A DNA stretch of 61,991 nucleotides, the filler included, from Nitrospinota bacterium (GTDB lineage: Bacteria; JAUXIQ01): assembly GCA_030620925.1 (NCBI GenBank). It is 15 parts of 15 records of this genome, joined end to end, with 100 filler letters (N's around TTAATTAATTAA, not from the genome) between each part and the next. Parts side by side here need not be neighbours in the genome. Positions count along the whole stretch, not along the records: positions 57,946 to 61,991 come from JAUXIQ010000259.1; 14 more parts are not named here. The stretch is one strand, 5' to 3'. Made by a program: the position numbers and the translations under genes. Every line of letters begins with the position of its first letter. Position 1 is the first letter of the stretch. The notes beneath the pieces are model-generated. The model ran no database searches. It saw nothing but the letters and a program-made list of their open reading frames with translations, and was not told the origin of the DNA. This document shows positions 61,323-61,991 of this stretch, one piece after another.

Positions 61323-61665
61323 ATTTTCCCCTTTCATGAGAGACGTGATAGACGGATTGGGCTTCTTTCACCTGGTTCGTTTTTCCGGGCAAGTGTCCAG
61401 GCGAGCCGGTCCTGGAGGTATTTATTTTCCTGGCCTGTCTGTGAGCGTGCAGAGATGCCAGGATATATATAGAGATGAGTACCGAGACGAAAACCCCCAA
61501 CTGCACGACGTACAACATCCATCCTGCGGTAGCAGTGGATATCCAGATAAATCCGTGGCGGAATTTTCCATTATAGATATTCCCCGAACCCGGCCATACC
61601 AGTATGCTGAGAAAAGCGGCAACTCCGGGGTTTTTGATTCTCACTATCTCGCCGGTTTCCATCAT
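61309..61665 (-). CDS. Small membrane protein (TM2-like hairpin)
   Basis: KNPGVAAFLSILVWPGSGNIYNGKF plus further TM segments; AGGAGG RBS. Confidence 0.65.
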   Translation of the reverse strand: MMETGEIVRIKNPGVAAFLSILVWPGSGNIYNGKFRHGFIWISTATAGWMLYVVQLGVFVSVLISIYILASLHAHRQARKINTSRTGSPGHLPGKTNQVKEAQSVYHVSHERGKYARS

Positions 61666-61991
61666 GCTGAAGTGTTTCCTCCTTCCGGTTATGGTCTCTA
61701 TTTATGTCCTCAAACGGCCTCTACTGGATTTCCGTCGGCGCGTTTCTTTCCTTGTGGAATGAGCAACATTCTTTGAATATCTTTAAATATATTACACGAT
61801 AATGAAAAAAAAGAGAAGGATATTTCCGGAAAATCCATACTCAGGTATCGTTAGAGATATTTCAGCCCTTCGGTTATATTCTAAAATAAGGCTCAGCAAC
61901 GGTTTCAACACCCGGGAAAAACGTTCAAGCTATTATGCCCCCCCTTAAAGGATGAAAATTAGCCTCAATTTCACACCTACTTAATAATCGG

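Overview
The window is not one locus. It is 15 short contigs (about 2.7-8.3 kb) joined by 14 artificial 100-nt spacers (N44-TTAATTAATTAA-N44), so adjacency only counts within a contig. Gene content points to a Gram-negative, probably anaerobic bacterium (inference: deltaproteobacteria- or Nitrospinota-like MAG). Housekeeping blocks include rpoC-rpsL-rpsG-fusA-tuf, yicC-remA-gmk, pdxA-rsmA, icd-mdh, murA-hisD-hisB-like, LPS genes and tsaD-DUF1015-engB. Anaerobic CoA/B12/corrinoid enzymes are also present. The best signals are missing from the ORF track. (1) Selenocysteine recoding: a DUF3179 gene is split by an in-frame TGA giving U-P-L-C with a SECIS-like hairpin. (2) An unrecognised 69-aa candidate selenopeptide ends G-C-U-G-G-G, and its hairpin loop lies exactly the same 20 nt from the UGA. 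(3) An ECF sigma factor is followed by a zinc-finger anti-sigma fused to an O6-alkylguanine transferase domain. (4) A CysM + JAMM protease + multiple DsrE/F/H-like sulfur-relay cluster. (5) A B12 acyl-CoA mutase with non-canonical specificity residues. (6) An ORF-deleted class D-like group II intron in a patch of gene remnants. (7) Nested REP/palindrome mosaics and a multi-branched structured leader upstream of hldE. I saw no rRNA, tRNA or CRISPR array. All family calls are by eye from motifs; no searches were run.
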